Positions 61,282 to 64,000 of a DNA stretch of 64,000 bases are shown here, piece by piece. The DNA lies in contig OZ237736.1 in the NCBI GenBank assembly GCA_965178125.1, positions 434,001-498,000 on the forward strand, given 5' to 3'. The position numbers and the translations under genes were made by a program. The stretch is from Bilabrum cf. latius. Taxonomy: Eukaryota. How positions within the stretch are numbered: position 1 is the first letter of the stretch; each line of letters starts with the position of its first letter. The notes below the pieces were generated by a model. The model was given only the letters and a program-made list of their open reading frames with translations, was not told the origin of the DNA and searched no databases.

Positions 61282-64000
61282 AATCTAGCATGTCCCATCA
61301 GCAGCAAATCAGACAAGCAATTTCGCCCAAGAGGTAACGAATGCATGTAACCCGCATTTGATGAATATTAATGATACATGATGACTGAATCGCATTCATG
61401 GTCAGTCTTCTAGCTGCCCACAATGCACGATGACTGCACAGCATGTCCGCAATTGAATCTCACCTGCTTGAATAGGCACGCAAAGAACACGAAACTCCCT
61501 AGCACTGGCATTGCATAATACAGCTCTAACACCGCGCCATGCTGCTATGCGCCTGCTGGATGCTGTGGGCAGGAGCTAGCTTGCACCCGCTCTGCTCAGC
61601 GATTCGCGCAATGTTGTGGGCTACGTCGACGCAATCCGCATGTTTGTCCACAGCGACACATCGATATCGGATGCCAATGGGCCTTCGCCATGTACTCGGA
61701 TCGACACGATGAATGGGCAGAGCAAGCAAGCGGAAGTCGGATGATGGAAACCTGCATGCAGATCAATCAGTCGTCGAGATCAATTGCGAGTCAAATTGCT
61801 GCTGGGAGCAGTGTGCAATACATGTGCTAGGCAGTAGTATATATGACAGAAGAACTCACCAGGATTCATATCCATGGCTGGAGGTCCAGAGTTGAGAGCA
61901 ACGAAATTGAGTTGCAAGGTGCAAAGTGCAAGAGCAGCTTTCCGTCAGCACACCAATGGAGTCCAGGTACGCAGTAACCACTTCAGAGACAAAATTAGCA
62001 AGCCAATCAAAAAAGTGGCAAACTCATGGGAAGCCGTGTCGTCACCCTTGTATAATGTGAAGAATGTGGACATGTCGCTGTCGTGATCTAATTGCGCGCA
62101 ACAAAGATTTTACCAGATACGATACCCTGCATTGGCGCGCCTCCCTTATCAGGCTGTGAGTGTGTGCCATGCGTAGAGAGTACTTATGCGATAGAACCCG
62201 TTGTGTCGACTCCCAGGGATTATATCACACTGAGGAGTGTCGAAAGCCACCACCCCGCAAGACTGCGTAAAGATCTACAGGCCGTGGTGCCCTCAATGCC
62301 GCACGTGACGCATGATATTCGGTATAAACAGATGCCACCCAAGTGCTCTGTATCGCCGGTCCTGCTGAATCATCTTGGCTGGAACCCCTTGCACCGCACG
62401 TGTAGCTATGCTATTGCCGGCCATGAGGGGCTCACTAGACCTCGCCAGCACACGCCTGAAGCCGATTTGAGGGGGCGGGGGGCGGGGGGTGGGGGCCGAT
62501 ATGGGAGATGTCAGGGCAGACCCACGGCGAGTCCTACGGCAGGGATTCCCTCGCAACAGCAAGCAGAGACAGACCTGGTGGAGACTCATGGGCAGGGCCA
62601 TGGAAGAGAGAGGGCCCGATGGGTTGAGTCTCAAAACTGCAAGTCGTCACGTCTCAATCTTGGCCGCAAGCGCAACCACCCACATGATGCCACCAATACC
62701 GCAACCACCGACACAGCACTGCACACTGCACCCTGCACTGCACACTGCACACACCGCCGGCGCAGACGTGCGACTCGGAGTCAAAAGCGCCTCGAAACGC
62801 TGTCTAACCCTCCTCACAGGACGGAATCTGAATGAGCAGCATCCCGAGCCTTGCGGAACTTGTAATTTTATCATTCGAAAGCAAGCAGCACGATTTAGAG
62901 CAGATTCTGTCTCGGGCCAACTTCTGGAGCTTGCCAGTTGCACTACAGAGCGCAGCCGCCTACGTCATTCCAGACTATGTGCTTTCTCGTTATCTATAGT
63001 AGCATTCTGGATAGCAAGACTTCGAAAATTTGTTTAAAATTCTAGGCCATGCAGCAAGACGACGCATGTGGGCCCTCGCCAAGCTGTGCTCCGATAGCTT
63101 CGAGGTATCGGAGCTAGGTTCCAGAGAATCTCGAGATTTATGCCTGCTAGAGCCTCCACTGGACAATTTGTACGGTAGAACATACAGTATACAAACTGAT
63201 TCGGTCACGTTGCATGATTTTGCGTTTTAGGTGGCTGGCTCAACTGAAGCCACGGAATTAATCGGCCTAAGATAGCAATTGAGAAAGGTGATTACATTCG
63301 TACAGTCCCTAAGCTAGATGTTACAACAATCTGTGCCGACGTCCAGTCATGCGTTGGAGCGCAGACGGGTGCTGAAGCGTCGTACGGCGGGAGGTGCAAC
63401 CGAAGCATCTCCACCAGTGGCAGGTGCGGCAGTATCTAGTCGATAGCAATCGGATTTCACATCACGCAGAATCAAACTGATCAAGCCAAACAGCAGTACT
63501 CCTTCACTCAAATCAGGTCTTCGTTCAATTGCAAAGAGAGGCAGTCGGCCGTCTTGCAGGGCAACAACAGCAAAGATAGCCAAGCCGGCACAACTGAGCA
63601 GAGTCGTTGGTTCCAAACGCGCTGGAAGCATGCTCAAAGTTGGCCAAGGGACCCCTCCGCAGGTACAGCTTCGATTCATGCGATAGACCCGGAGAAGTTC
63701 CAGTCCTAGGAAGACGAGCACAGGTACTGAACCAGAATAGCAAGCGGCTGCCCACTCGAAGCGGGCACGTTCCCATGCATCCATGCGCGTGACGAGTGCA
63801 GTCCCGCAGCCGAGTACTGGCCACCGGCTTGCGCTGGCAAGGCGCATCCCCTCGGCTGGGCCAGCCACGCTGAAAGCAATGGGAGCAGGTGCTCCTTTGC
63901 TAATTGTCAGCCGCCTTGCTCCTCTGGCAGCGCCGAGACATCCCGTCAAGTCACCGCACAGATAGAGTCCTAGTCGGAGGCATGAGGGGAAATAGCACTT

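Noticed and set aside
61287-64000. ORFs in the right flank (62092-62835, 62489-63037, 63347-63949)
   Set aside because: No recognisable motifs and no consistent frame, even with TAG read-through. Left unannotated.

Overview
The window is GC-rich, intron-poor eukaryotic host DNA (1-36852 and 61282-64000) interrupted by a 24,429-bp AT-rich integrated virophage-type element (36853-61281). The element has TG...CA ends, a 5-bp AATCT target-site duplication and 1,589-bp terminal inverted repeats (TIRs). The standard-code ORF track is misleading: in both host and virus, ORFs are cut at TAG and resume in the same frame, ending only at TAA or TGA. TAG falls at conserved Gln positions, so both appear to use a TAG=Gln code. 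Re-read this way, the host side has three bZIP paralogues, a START-like protein, cactin, a JmjC oxygenase, a Rad7-like LRR protein and a PP2A-B56-like protein. The element has the four virophage morphogenesis genes (ATPase, protease, penton, MCP), a chromodomain rve integrase, a GIY-YIG nuclease and a PrimPol/OBP-type helicase, but no recognisable pPolB. Its ends are 101-bp imperfect hairpins in flip/flop configuration. It also carries 20 polarised palindromic repeats and a tRNA-like structured non-coding locus. All protein family calls are by eye from motifs, not from database searches.
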